Made by a program: the position numbers and the translations under genes. Positions 26,769 to 36,528 of a stretch of DNA of 64,000 nucleotides are shown piece by piece (within the stretch, counting starts at the first letter, position 1; the number at the start of each line of letters is the position of its first letter). The stretch is from sequence record MN988522.1; one strand, given 5' to 3'. The notes beneath the pieces were generated by a model. It ran no database searches and had not been told where the DNA came from. It saw nothing but the letters and a program-made list of their open reading frames with translations.

Positions 26769-27902
26769 ATGCAGAAGATTAGTTTTAATATTGATAAACT
26801 CCAGAGTATCATTGGTGCTGCGAAAGCTTCGGCAAACAGTGGTCAAAGACGTGAGTTCACAAATACTGCGTTCCTTCCAGATGGTACGCATAAAATGCGA
26901 TTCTTCCTAGGTCCAGATAATGAACTGTTCCGTGATGTGAAGATGTATCAATTCAAGGGTAAGAAGACTCTGTCTCCTCAAGTCTTGAATCGCGAGAATG
27001 AGAAGAATCCTGAATGGCCTAAGATTGTACAGGCTATGAAGCCTGAATGGAAAGAACAAGAAGTTACGAAGATTCCTCTTGAAGATACCATTGACAAGGC
27101 TGCTAAGGAAATTAATAACTGGAAGTCTGGTCTATCTCTGAAGGGTCGTACCATGGTTTATGCCAAGGTATACGCGACTAACAAGGAAGATCAATACTGG
27201 AAGCCAGATAATGTGTATGCCGTCATTGGTAAGAAGAAGCTGAAGGACGCTATTCTTGCTATGCTTGAATCTCTTGCAGCAGATTCGCCTGACTACATTA
27301 TCTCGATGCTTAATCCTTCACTTTCTGGTGGTATGGTAACGGTTAACGTTACTGGTGGTACTCAGGGTGCAGTTACGATTACTCCGATCCCTGGATCAAC
27401 CAAGGATCCGATCCTTACTCTCGACGAGGCTGGTAAGGGTCCAGAATGGTGGAGACCTCTTGATGAAGTCTTCATTGGTAAAGATTTTAATCTCAAGGCA
27501 TGGGAAGAAGCTGAAGCAGAAGCTCAGAAGATTCTTGCTGAATGGCGTGAGAAGAAGGCTAATGGCACTGCTCCATCAGGTGATGGAGACGGTGACGGAG
27601 AAGGCAGCTCTGATGATAAGGAGGGCGAGAGGTCTAGTACCTCTCAGTCCTCTCAATCTGAATCTCAGCAGTCATCTGAAGTAAAGGATTCTCCTAAAGA
27701 GGATCCTAAGCCTGAAGTGAAGACAGAGGTCAAGTCTGAACCTGACCTAGCTTCTAATCAGCGCAAGTGTCATACAGGTAGAGTAGTGACTCTACCTGAT
27801 ATCGCTATCCAGGATAATTGCTGGAAGGGATATGACGCTGGTAATATCAAGTGCATCTCATGTCCTGTTAACATTGAGTGCATGTCTGAGCAGGCTTTTT
27901 AA
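26769..27902 (+). CDS. gp32-like single-stranded DNA-binding protein with acidic linker and C-terminal Cys cluster
   Basis: FLPDGTHKMRFF; position in the replication module; D/E/S-rich linker; CWKGYD...KCISCPVNIEC. Confidence 0.6.
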   Translation: MQKISFNIDKLQSIIGAAKASANSGQRREFTNTAFLPDGTHKMRFFLGPDNELFRDVKMYQFKGKKTLSPQVLNRENEKNPEWPKIVQAMKPEWKEQEVTKIPLEDTIDKAAKEINNWKSGLSLKGRTMVYAKVYATNKEDQYWKPDNVYAVIGKKKLKDAILAMLESLAADSPDYIISMLNPSLSGGMVTVNVTGGTQGAVTITPIPGSTKDPILTLDEAGKGPEWWRPLDEVFIGKDFNLKAWEEAEAEAQKILAEWREKKANGTAPSGDGDGDGEGSSDDKEGERSSTSQSSQSESQQSSEVKDSPKEDPKPEVKTEVKSEPDLASNQRKCHTGRVVTLPDIAIQDNCWKGYDAGNIKCISCPVNIECMSEQAF

Positions 27903-27908
27903 GTCATA

Positions 27909-27947
27909 TGGGTGGGATTCAGAAATGGATTCCACCCAATTCTTTTG
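27909..27947 (+). terminator. Intrinsic terminator
   Basis: 12-bp stem TGGGTGGGATTC/GGATTCCACCCA followed by TTCTTTT. Confidence 0.75.
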
Positions 27948-27962
27948 TCTTCAGGATTATAA

Positions 27963-28253
27963 ATGTACGAACATTATACTACCAGATTTAAACTGTTCGA
28001 TGAGGTAGAAATCTCTGATAATTATCAATATGCAGGTGATTATAAAGGAGAGAAATTCCTCGTTACAGGTATCAAATATGATCGTCCTCTTGGTATGACA
28101 TTTAATTCTCATAGAAATGGTTATAGGATTAGTGACTTGAATCTTAACATTCAACTTACTCAGATAAGTAGAGATACAGGTCGAATGTACGATGCTCCGA
28201 CTGATGAGTGGAAAGAGGAAGATTTGACTCTAATTAAGAGGAACGTACCGTGA
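27963..28253 (+). CDS. Hypothetical protein
   Basis: AGGA RBS. Confidence 0.6.
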   Translation: MYEHYTTRFKLFDEVEISDNYQYAGDYKGEKFLVTGIKYDRPLGMTFNSHRNGYRISDLNLNIQLTQISRDTGRMYDAPTDEWKEEDLTLIKRNVP

Positions 28254-28576
28254 AGTCTAGTAATCTATCTGCTGTCATAGAGCTCATGGATCTGAAAGAG
28301 AAGCTTAGACATCTAAGTGACTCAGAACATGGATTCATTAGAGTCGAGGTAGGTCAAGATAGTAGATGTAACTTCTTCAAAGATGGAAGTGCAAGTGTAG
28401 AAAGTGATTACGATGACGACGATGATGATCGTGTGATCCTGTCTAAGTCTAAGTCTAATTCTAAGCACAAGAAGATATCTTTCGACATCTACACTCGCAT
28501 TATACAGGTATTGCAGGACTCTATCTCGGACTGCAACGTGGCTCTCAAACAACTAGGAGTTGAGATTGATGACTAA
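28250..28576 (+). CDS. Hypothetical protein
   Basis: GTGA overlap. Confidence 0.55.
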   Translation: MKSSNLSAVIELMDLKEKLRHLSDSEHGFIRVEVGQDSRCNFFKDGSASVESDYDDDDDDRVILSKSKSNSKHKKISFDIYTRIIQVLQDSISDCNVALKQLGVEIDD

Positions 28577-29684
28577 TAATTCATTTGCAGATCGTCTTTC
28601 TAAGGTAACTACAGTACCTCCTCCAGCACCTGTAGGTAATCTACCTGTAGCTAAGCCAGCAGGGTTCTCAGGGATCAAGTCTAATACCAATTCTGATCTC
28701 GTTTACAAGAGTGTTGTTACCAAGGATGACATCGAGAATCTTGGTAAGGATATTGGTCGATCTGTAGGTGAAACTACTGAGAAGATCGTTCAGAAGGTTG
28801 CTCTCAGTAACTTCGGTGATCTAGGAGCTATCCTCGCTCAAGTTCAAGCTGAAGCTGATAAGCTGGATCCTAATGCACAATTCTCAGGTGTAGGTGGATG
28901 GATTAAGTCCAAATTCAAGGACATTAAATCCGTACTCATTCAACAGTTGAATAGCGCTAGTAAAGTATTTGATGATCTTGAAGTGAAGATCGCTGACAAT
29001 ATCGCTGTTCATCAAGAGTGGGTAAAGGATTTGGATCTCCTATACAAGGAGAATTACAATCACTTTAAAGCTATTAATGCACTCATCGTCAAGGCTACTG
29101 AGTGGAAGGCTATGATCGAAACTCAGATCAAGAATCTGCCTCCGATCGATCCTAATGATCCTGAAGCTATGATGAAGGGTGAGCTCATTCGAGAACTCGA
29201 ATCTCTGAAGAACCGTGCGGCTATCAAGCTCGACAACTTCACGAGACTTCGTATTATCTCGGAGAGTAATGCTCCTAAGATCAAGAGTCAGTCTGAGACA
29301 TCTGAAACGACTATCATGACTCTTCGTGATCTCATGGAACAAGCCATTCCGATGATCAAGATGGAATTTGCACTCTATCTCCAATCAATGGCATCTAAGT
29401 CTTCGCAAGATCTGATCAAGAATGGTCGTAATCTTGCTAATCAGACGCTGAAGAGATCTGCTGATGCAGCACATGATGCAGCTATCACTTCAGCTACTTC
29501 TCTGAACGACTCTATCGTTCAGACAGATACTCTGGATCACATCCGTAAGAAGATGCTTGATACTGTGCAGAATGTTCGTAAGATCCAGAGTGATGCACAG
29601 GCTAAACGAGATGCAGATGCTAAGACTCTCAAGGAGAGTTCTGCAGCTTATCTCACTGAATTGCAGAAGAACAACGCTATCTAA
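28560..29684 (+). CDS. telA: TelA-family toxic anion resistance protein (start probably MTNNS)
   Basis: Coiled-coil protein; LGDLG...LDP...GWIKSKF...IDDLE-like pattern; first gene of the Ter cluster. Confidence 0.75.
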   Translation: MRLMTNNSFADRLSKVTTVPPPAPVGNLPVAKPAGFSGIKSNTNSDLVYKSVVTKDDIENLGKDIGRSVGETTEKIVQKVALSNFGDLGAILAQVQAEADKLDPNAQFSGVGGWIKSKFKDIKSVLIQQLNSASKVFDDLEVKIADNIAVHQEWVKDLDLLYKENYNHFKAINALIVKATEWKAMIETQIKNLPPIDPNDPEAMMKGELIRELESLKNRAAIKLDNFTRLRIISESNAPKIKSQSETSETTIMTLRDLMEQAIPMIKMEFALYLQSMASKSSQDLIKNGRNLANQTLKRSADAAHDAAITSATSLNDSIVQTDTLDHIRKKMLDTVQNVRKIQSDAQAKRDADAKTLKESSAAYLTELQKNNAI

Positions 29685-29702
29685 CGAGGATAAATCATAG
29701 AT

Positions 29703-30416
29703 ATGACTAACGCTATCACACTCGACCTCACCAAGAAGTTTGAACTCAATCTCGAGAAGGCTGGTATCACTCAGATTCCAGTTCTGGAGACTCGTCTCGC
29801 AGTAGATCGTTCGGGTTCTATGCAGGAAGAATTCGATGCAGGATGGGTTGATAAGACGATCAATCTCTTCATCGTAGCAGCTATGAAGTTCGATGACAAT
29901 CAGTCTCTGGAAGTCGGATTCTTCAATACTGAATTCACTCAGACTCCTGAAGCTCAGGCTAGTGATGTAGGTACGTATCTTAAGAGCAAGGCTCGTAATA
30001 TTCGTCCGACATCTGGTACGTATTATGCTCCGATCATCGAGAATCTCGAGTCTAAGATGTCAGCCTCTGCTCCGATTCAGGAGAAGAAGTCTGGATTCTT
30101 CGGATTCTTCAAAGGAGACTCTTCTGCTCCAGCATCTAAGGAACGAGTAGCTAAGAACAAGGCATACGTTGGTGTTATCACTGACGGTGATCCAGGTGAC
30201 AAGCGCAGCTTCGAGTCTGCACTTGCTAATACTTCTGGCGATACATTCTACCAGTTCATCGCTATCGGTAATCAGATCGATGCCAACTATCTGAAGGGAC
30301 TGTCGAATCAGTACAAGCATGTCTCCTTCATTCATCTGAAGGATCCTTACAAGGTGACTGACGACTCCTTCTACGAGAACCTCTGCAATGAGAAATTTGT
30401 AGCCTGGACGAAGTAA
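29703..30416 (+). CDS. vWA domain protein (TerF/TerY-associated type)
   Basis: LAVDRSGSM, GTYYAP, VITDGDP, YQFIAIG. Confidence 0.88.
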   Translation: MTNAITLDLTKKFELNLEKAGITQIPVLETRLAVDRSGSMQEEFDAGWVDKTINLFIVAAMKFDDNQSLEVGFFNTEFTQTPEAQASDVGTYLKSKARNIRPTSGTYYAPIIENLESKMSASAPIQEKKSGFFGFFKGDSSAPASKERVAKNKAYVGVITDGDPGDKRSFESALANTSGDTFYQFIAIGNQIDANYLKGLSNQYKHVSFIHLKDPYKVTDDSFYENLCNEKFVAWTK

Positions 30417-30422
30417 TACTCT

Positions 30423-30460
30423 AAGTAGTAGCTTCGTACCAGCGGAGCTACTACTTTTCA
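30423..30460 (+). terminator. Intrinsic terminator
   Basis: AAGTAGTAGCT/AGCTACTACTT stem followed by TTCA. Confidence 0.7.
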
Positions 30461-30486
30461 TTAATCTGGTAATCCTAGAGGGTTAA

Positions 30487-31524
30487 ATGTTTAAATATTT
30501 CGGTGGATCGTTCATTTTCGCAGCTGCAGCATTGATTGGACTGTATCTCTTTACAGGCAATCCTGCTGCTCTAGTGACAGCAGTTGTCCTCTCGATCGTA
30601 GAGGTAGCTGTTAGCTTCGATAATGCTATCGTAAATGCATCAATCATGAAGACGATGTCTCCTTTCTGGAAGAAGATGTTCGTTACAGTCGGTATGTTGT
30701 TTGCAGTAGGATTCATGAGACTATACTTCCCGATTCAGATCGTATCAGCAATTGGAGGTATCTCACTTCATGAAGCTGGTCATCTAGCTCTTGCTGAGCC
30801 TGATCGATTCTCTCACATTCTTATCGAGTCTCATCACATCGTAGCTGGGTTTGGTGGTGCATTCCTTATGCTCGTAGCTTTGAAGTACTTTATCAATGCT
30901 GAGAAGGATGTCCACTGGGTACACGCTATTGAAGCACCTCTAGCATCTCTCGGTAAGCTTGATGAAGTCCAAGTTCTGATCGTAGCAGTTGTATCGTATA
31001 TCCTTTCTCGCTATCTCGGAGATCATGGTACAGAGTTCTTCTATGCTGCTTTGATCGGTATCGGTACACATATTGTAGTTGATCTGATCAAAGAAACTCT
31101 GAGTCATATCGATACGTTTCTTGCTAAGGGAGCAGATGTAGCAGTCAAGGGTGGTCTTGGTGCATTCATCTATCTTGAAGTACTTGATGCATCCTTCTCG
31201 TTCGATGGAGTCATCGCTGCATTCGCTATCACCAATCAGATTGCAGTTGTAGCTGCCGGTCTTGGTATCGGTGCTATGTTCGTACGTAGTCTGACTCTCA
31301 TGCTTGATGACAAGGATACTCTCACAACTTTCCGATATCTTGAGAGTGGTGCATTCTGGGCTATCGGTGGACTTGCTGCATTCATGTACATCAGCACACT
31401 TGTACATGTCTCAGAGTGGATTATCGCAGGATTCTCTGCTGTAGTCATTCTCGTATCGTTCCTACATTCGATTAAGGCTAACAAGGATGAAGAACTCCTA
31501 CAGCCTGTCCTCGAAATTCATTAA
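30487..31524 (+). CDS. DUF475 / TerC-like integral membrane protein
   Basis: EVAVSFDNAIVNA, GMLFAVGFMRLYFP, YLEVLDASFSFDGVIAAFA, GAMFVRSLT, YLESGAFWAIG. Confidence 0.92.
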   Translation: MFKYFGGSFIFAAAALIGLYLFTGNPAALVTAVVLSIVEVAVSFDNAIVNASIMKTMSPFWKKMFVTVGMLFAVGFMRLYFPIQIVSAIGGISLHEAGHLALAEPDRFSHILIESHHIVAGFGGAFLMLVALKYFINAEKDVHWVHAIEAPLASLGKLDEVQVLIVAVVSYILSRYLGDHGTEFFYAALIGIGTHIVVDLIKETLSHIDTFLAKGADVAVKGGLGAFIYLEVLDASFSFDGVIAAFAITNQIAVVAAGLGIGAMFVRSLTLMLDDKDTLTTFRYLESGAFWAIGGLAAFMYISTLVHVSEWIIAGFSAVVILVSFLHSIKANKDEELLQPVLEIH

Positions 31525-31553
31525 CATTAACTCCTAGATAAGGATTTGGAGAA

Positions 31554-32138
31554 ATGATCGTGCTCGACCTCAATAAAGACGCAGGTATCGTACTGGATCT
31601 CAGCAAGGAAGATCCGTCTCTTGAAACTCTCAAGATCAAGCTGGACTGGAATCCTCATCCAGTTCATGGTGCTAGCCTGACGGATGGCTTCGATCTGGAT
31701 ATCTTCGCATATGTTCTCAATGAACAAGGTAAGATCACTAGCGGTTCTGATGTTGTATTCTTCAACAACAAGAATTTCGCTAATGGTGCTATTGTTCTTC
31801 CTAAGGACAACCGTACTGGTGAAGGTGATGACGATGAAGAATTGCTCATCACCACGTCTAAGATTCCTGCAGACAAGAAGTCTGTAGCTATCTATGTGAC
31901 CATTCACAAGGCTACAGAACGTGGTCATCACTTCGGTATGGTATCTGGAGCATCTCTTCAGTTCATCAATGCTGACTCTGGTAAGATTATTGCCAAGTAT
32001 GACCTGACTGCCAACTACTCTGGTAATACTGCATTCTTTGGTGGTATCCTTTCTGTTGAGAATGGTAAGGGTAAGTTCCAATCGAATGGTGAGGCAGCAG
32101 ACGCTGATCCTAATCAGATCGCTCAGTTGTACGTCTAA
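31554..32138 (+). CDS. terD: TerD-family stress protein
   Basis: LDW...FDLD...VVFFNN...DNRTGEGDDDEE...HHFGMV. Confidence 0.92.
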   Translation: MIVLDLNKDAGIVLDLSKEDPSLETLKIKLDWNPHPVHGASLTDGFDLDIFAYVLNEQGKITSGSDVVFFNNKNFANGAIVLPKDNRTGEGDDDEELLITTSKIPADKKSVAIYVTIHKATERGHHFGMVSGASLQFINADSGKIIAKYDLTANYSGNTAFFGGILSVENGKGKFQSNGEAADADPNQIAQLYV

Positions 32139-32145
32139 CATTATC

Positions 32146-32183
32146 GGGCTGGTATCTCAGTAGAGGTACTGGCCCTTCTTTTT
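32146..32183 (+). terminator. Intrinsic terminator
   Basis: 13-bp stem GGGCTGGTATCTC/GAGGTACTGGCCC followed by TTCTTTTT. Confidence 0.8.
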
Positions 32184-32194
32184 GGAGAAATTTC

Positions 32195-32827
32195 ATGGAT
32201 ATTGCATTATTTGGTCTACTTGACTATACTCTCTTAAGTTGGGTACTCTTTGTAGCACTCATCGGAATTGTAGGTCTCATCGAAGAGAATGAACTACCTG
32301 TTCCGGCATTCATTACCTTTATTGTTGGTCTCACAGGACTTCAATACTTTACGGATCTGAAACCTTGGACATACGTCTACGAGAATCCATGGTACTTCCT
32401 ACTGTATGTAGTTATCTACATTGTAGCAGGTATCATATGGTCTCATGTTAAGTGGGTACTTTATCTTCGAGAGATTAAGAATTATCATCCTACGAGCATC
32501 AAAGAAGCAGAGGCTCATGCACTCGTAGTCGAGAAACGTAATGAAGATTATCGTAAGACTCATCCTAACTACGTAGAATCAACTGTTGATGTTAACGAGA
32601 AAGCGATCGAGTATACTACGAAGAAATTTCGATTGAGATCTCTTCCTCCGAAGGCTTCTGAGAAGAAGACTAGAATCACATCTTGGTTGATGTACTGGCC
32701 GATCTCGATGTTCTGGACAGTTGTTGACAAGTTTGTAGTCAATCTGTTTAACAATCTGTTCGAACTGATTCGTGCTAGCTATCAGCGTGTATCTGATAAG
32801 ATGTTCGCTGACTTCACGACCAAGTGA
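32195..32827 (+). CDS. Membrane protein
   Basis: Several hydrophobic segments; GGAGA RBS. Confidence 0.7.
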   Translation: MDIALFGLLDYTLLSWVLFVALIGIVGLIEENELPVPAFITFIVGLTGLQYFTDLKPWTYVYENPWYFLLYVVIYIVAGIIWSHVKWVLYLREIKNYHPTSIKEAEAHALVVEKRNEDYRKTHPNYVESTVDVNEKAIEYTTKKFRLRSLPPKASEKKTRITSWLMYWPISMFWTVVDKFVVNLFNNLFELIRASYQRVSDKMFADFTTK

Positions 32828-32845
32828 GGCTCGATTAGCCTTCCT
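32819..32845 (+). promoter_or_regulatory. Promoter-like motif copy 9
   Basis: ACCAA at 32819 (one mismatch), GCCTTCCT at 32838. Confidence 0.65.
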
Positions 32846-32874
32846 CTTTATCGAGAGAACGAAGTGAGATATTT

Positions 32875-33780
32875 ATGACTGTTCTAATATTTGATGGATC
32901 ACATCTGCTACAACGGATGAAGTTCGTAGCTGTTAAAGAGAATCGTATATCCTCAAAATATATGTCATGGCTCTTATTCCGTTCTCTCATTAAGAAGTGT
33001 GTTGAGAATCAACCTTCTCGTATTTATGTACTATGGGATGAAGGAGCTTGTACATATAGGCATAAGATTGTTGAAGGCTACAAAGAAAGTCGAATCAACA
33101 ATAATCCTTCAGAGAAGGACGTTCTCGCATTTAGAGAATTTCTAGATTCACGTAGATATCTCCATGAGATCCTACCTACAATTGGTGTAGTATCTATCAA
33201 AGTACCTGGAGTAGAAGCAGACGATTGGGGACATTATCTCTCCAATAAGTTTGATACTGGTGTTCTCGTAAGTGAGGATAAGGACTGGCTTCTTAATCTC
33301 CGTCCAGGATGGAAGTTGATTCGTCCCATTATCAAAGAAGAGTATACATGGGAATCGTTCGACAAGATGATGAACGAACGCTACTATAAGAATCCCACTG
33401 AGTACACTCACTATGATCCTCTCAAGAAGTATCTGATCATGAAGGCAGTTTATGGAGACAAGGACGAGGTTCCTCGTATCACAACTCCTGCTCCTGCTAA
33501 GAAGATTATTGATTACTTGACAGGTCAAATCAAGTCGTTGGATCCTAAGGAGAAGAGCACTCTAGACAATAGTCGTAAAGAGCTAGCTCGTAATCTTAGA
33601 CTAGCGGCTACTGACTGGCTGACAGTTCATCCTGAACTTATTGATAGTGAAGGAATCCATCAGTCAGAATTAAATAGGGTAACGTACAAGAGTAAAGAGA
33701 ATTTCTTAAAAGTCGCATCTGAGTTAAATCTCTTTCAATACATTAATAAATGGCATAAAATATCGGAGAGACTAAGTTGA
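32875..33780 (+). CDS. 5'-3' exonuclease / T4 RNase H-like flap endonuclease
   Basis: IFDGS, VLWD, GYKESR, EADD, SEDKDW, GDKDEVP. Confidence 0.88.
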   Translation: MTVLIFDGSHLLQRMKFVAVKENRISSKYMSWLLFRSLIKKCVENQPSRIYVLWDEGACTYRHKIVEGYKESRINNNPSEKDVLAFREFLDSRRYLHEILPTIGVVSIKVPGVEADDWGHYLSNKFDTGVLVSEDKDWLLNLRPGWKLIRPIIKEEYTWESFDKMMNERYYKNPTEYTHYDPLKKYLIMKAVYGDKDEVPRITTPAPAKKIIDYLTGQIKSLDPKEKSTLDNSRKELARNLRLAATDWLTVHPELIDSEGIHQSELNRVTYKSKENFLKVASELNLFQYINKWHKISERLS

Positions 33781-33965
33781 CAGTTAAGTCTATCAATGAA
33801 GTCATAAACAACCTGACGAATCTTGTAGAACAAGGTGGTATTCAGGCTATTAAGAATGCATCTGATGAAGATCTATACGCACTGTTCAGATCTTATATCA
33901 TGATGAATGATCTTCTCAAAATTAGACAGTCACGCATTGCTAACTTAGAGCGTGGCATCAAATAA
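33777..33965 (+). CDS. Hypothetical protein
   Basis: Coupled ORF. Confidence 0.5.
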   Translation: MTVKSINEVINNLTNLVEQGGIQAIKNASDEDLYALFRSYIMMNDLLKIRQSRIANLERGIK

Positions 33966-33979
33966 TCTTAGGGTATATT

Positions 33980-34849
33980 ATGAACTTAGAATCTATGAAG
34001 GCTGCTCTCGAAGAATCAGGTAAATACATGATTCTCGATGTCTATAAGTATCAAGACAAATATAATGAGAATATAGATAATAGACCCTTGCGACTGGTCT
34101 CTGTTATCGATACTGAAACGACTGGTCTAGATTCTAAGAAAGACTCTATTATAAATCTCGGAATAGTGAACATCGAAGTTGATGACGATGGTAATATCTA
34201 TCGAGTAGTGGAAGGCTATAATGGATTTGAGCAACCTCGCTATCCTATCCCTCCACACATTACAGATATCACAGGAATCACCGATGATCTAGTCAAAGGT
34301 CATAAATTTGATTATGACAAAGTGAATAAAATGTTGGACGCATCGGATCTTGTCATTGCTCACAATGCTGGATTCGATCGTCCATTCGTAGACGATAAGT
34401 TTACATCATCTACAGAGAAGATATGGGCATGTTCCTTAGAAGATGTTCCATGGAAAGCTTATAATTTTGGTAGTAAGCGATTAATTGATATTGCAATCCA
34501 CTTTGGATTCTACTATAATGCCCATCGTGCAATCAGTGACGTAATGGCTCTTGTTCATATCTTGAGTAAGAAGCTGGACGGTACCACGATGATGAGCCAT
34601 ATGCTCGATTCTATAAGTAAATCGTACGTGATGATCTATGCACTAGAAGCTCCGTTCGAAACAAAGGATCTGTTGAAGGCTAAGAGATATAAATGGGATT
34701 TTGTCAGAAAGTCCTGGTACAAGATTGTACCTACATCGGTATCTATGTTTGAGAAAGAATTTCTTGAAAGAGAGATCTACGATGGATCTCCGAGATATCA
34801 AATCACACCATTACCTCGAAATACGGTATATAGTACTCTGGTCAAATAA
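33980..34849 (+). CDS. DNA polymerase III epsilon-like DEDDh exonuclease
   Basis: VIDTETTGL, IAHNAGFDRPF, AHRAISDV. Confidence 0.92.
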   Translation: MNLESMKAALEESGKYMILDVYKYQDKYNENIDNRPLRLVSVIDTETTGLDSKKDSIINLGIVNIEVDDDGNIYRVVEGYNGFEQPRYPIPPHITDITGITDDLVKGHKFDYDKVNKMLDASDLVIAHNAGFDRPFVDDKFTSSTEKIWACSLEDVPWKAYNFGSKRLIDIAIHFGFYYNAHRAISDVMALVHILSKKLDGTTMMSHMLDSISKSYVMIYALEAPFETKDLLKAKRYKWDFVRKSWYKIVPTSVSMFEKEFLEREIYDGSPRYQITPLPRNTVYSTLVK

Positions 34850-35304
34850 TGAAGAAGAATGTATTAGTAGGATTAGATCATAGGATCCTTACAGGTCTAG
34901 ATAATCTTGTCCTACTCTTATGCACCAGACTACAAATCAAGAAAATCCATCTTCAGAGACTTCTGGTTTGTATTTATTGTGTCTTATTGCATAAAATTGG
35001 ATTTTCTGTCATAGGCATCCTTGTTCTACAAGGTCTACAAGAATTGTCCCTGTTAAATATGGGGACGAAATCATACAACAATTACATCGAAGGAACTCGA
35101 TTTGAGCCATTCAATATTTATGTCAGGCTCATCTCCTTCCTATTCTGTATATATTATACTGCATATTCATTCGCTCTTCATGAGATCACTACAATTAATG
35201 TACTTCAGAAGATTATTCTGGAAGTGTACGTGTATAGTGTATTCTGTCGAGACTACAACGGTACGACGCAAGTAGAGTACTGGGACGAGACGAAGTTCGC
35301 CTGA
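34849..35304 (+). CDS. Hypothetical membrane protein
   Basis: Hydrophobic; TAATG overlap. Confidence 0.55.
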   Translation: MKKNVLVGLDHRILTGLDNLVLLLCTRLQIKKIHLQRLLVCIYCVLLHKIGFSVIGILVLQGLQELSLLNMGTKSYNNYIEGTRFEPFNIYVRLISFLFCIYYTAYSFALHEITTINVLQKIILEVYVYSVFCRDYNGTTQVEYWDETKFA

Positions 35305-35316
35305 ATAAGCCTTCTC
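35290..35316 (+). promoter_or_regulatory. Promoter-like motif copy 10
   Basis: ACGAA at 35290, GCCTTCTC at 35309. Confidence 0.65.
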
Positions 35317-35381
35317 TTCTTAGAGAATCAAGAATTTTCTACTTAGATATAAATTTAATTTAACATAACATTAGGTATAAA

Positions 35382-35837
35382 ATGCCTCTACTATTCAGAG
35401 AAAATATCTGGAGAGTCGATCTTCAACTTAATCGCAATATTCTATTCCTTTTTGGTGACAATGAGGCTAGATATGGCTTAGGTGGTCAAGCTAGAGAGTG
35501 CAGAGGAGAGCCTAACGCTGTAGGCGTCAGAACTAAGAAGAAACCTTCTCGAGATAATGACGCTTACTGGTCTGATAATAAGTACGATAAATATGTTGAA
35601 ATGATCGATGAAGATTTTAAACGTGCATTCGATCATATCTTAGCAGGAGGTACAGTAGTCTGTCCTATGGCTAAGCTAGGATCTGGTATGTCTGAGCTCC
35701 CTACAAGAGCACCTAAACTTTATCGATATATTGAATATAAAATTAGCGAACTCGGTCGTCTGGGCAACATGATCCGAGAAGTCGATACTGAGATTAGTGA
35801 TAGATACCTTGCTCAGAAGGGTATCTTGAAAACATAA
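35382..35837 (+). CDS. DUF7831-like / macrodomain-like protein
   Basis: FLFGDN..R.G.GGQARECRGEPNAVGVRTKK.P; KLGSG. Confidence 0.55.
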   Translation: MPLLFRENIWRVDLQLNRNILFLFGDNEARYGLGGQARECRGEPNAVGVRTKKKPSRDNDAYWSDNKYDKYVEMIDEDFKRAFDHILAGGTVVCPMAKLGSGMSELPTRAPKLYRYIEYKISELGRLGNMIREVDTEISDRYLAQKGILKT

Positions 35838-35846
35838 GAGTTCAAA

Positions 35847-36110
35847 ATGAACAAACTAGGTATTTCATGTTACGAAGTGCTATGGATTGTTATCCAACTA
35901 TCTCTCATTACCATTAGTATACTTGGTAATGTAAATTGGGATTGGTTTACAGTTCTAACTCCAGTTTGGACACATCTGTTCTTAACAATGATGACATTCC
36001 TATACGTTAGTCGTTATCGTAATTCGTCATTCAGTTACAGAAAAGATAGATCCTACTTGATGAACAAGTTCTTCAGCATATCTATCAAACTGTTATCCAC
36101 AGAGAGATAA
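35847..36110 (+). CDS. Small membrane protein
   Basis: Two hydrophobic segments. Confidence 0.55.
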   Translation: MNKLGISCYEVLWIVIQLSLITISILGNVNWDWFTVLTPVWTHLFLTMMTFLYVSRYRNSSFSYRKDRSYLMNKFFSISIKLLSTER

Positions 36111-36270
36111 ATGAATCTGCAAGTTAAAGAGTGCCAGTCTTCTTTGACGATTCGGAGAGCTATACAGACGTTAGTCCGGAGATATGAAAATGCTCAGACT
36201 TACGTAATGAAGAAATCTGACGACAAAGTAGGCAAAGAATTAGTAGTCCAATAACGGGGTATCGTATAAG

Positions 36271-36516
36271 ATGGCGCATGGGGATGCAGTTGTTCAACTC
36301 AAGCCTTTGTCTACTACAGAATCTTTGTCTAGTATCTTGAATCTTTTGGACGCATCTAGTCGTGTAGAAGATATCAGTAATATGACCGTAGAAGTTTTAG
36401 ATAAGTGGGCTAATAATTTAGCTGGCTTCGTAGGTCTGAAAGTGACAAGTGTCACTGAAGACGCAATTGAATTTATTCCAAGTCCTGGACATAGAATTAT
36501 TTTAGACGTCGCATAA
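36271..36516 (+). CDS. Hypothetical protein
   Basis: ORF track. Confidence 0.5.
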   Translation: MAHGDAVVQLKPLSTTESLSSILNLLDASSRVEDISNMTVEVLDKWANNLAGFVGLKVTSVTEDAIEFIPSPGHRIILDVA

Positions 36517-36528
36517 TCAGGAAATATT

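Noticed and set aside
27580-27760. Low-complexity repeats in the SSB gene
   Set aside because: They encode a disordered D/E/S/Q/K-P linker, not a DNA repeat element
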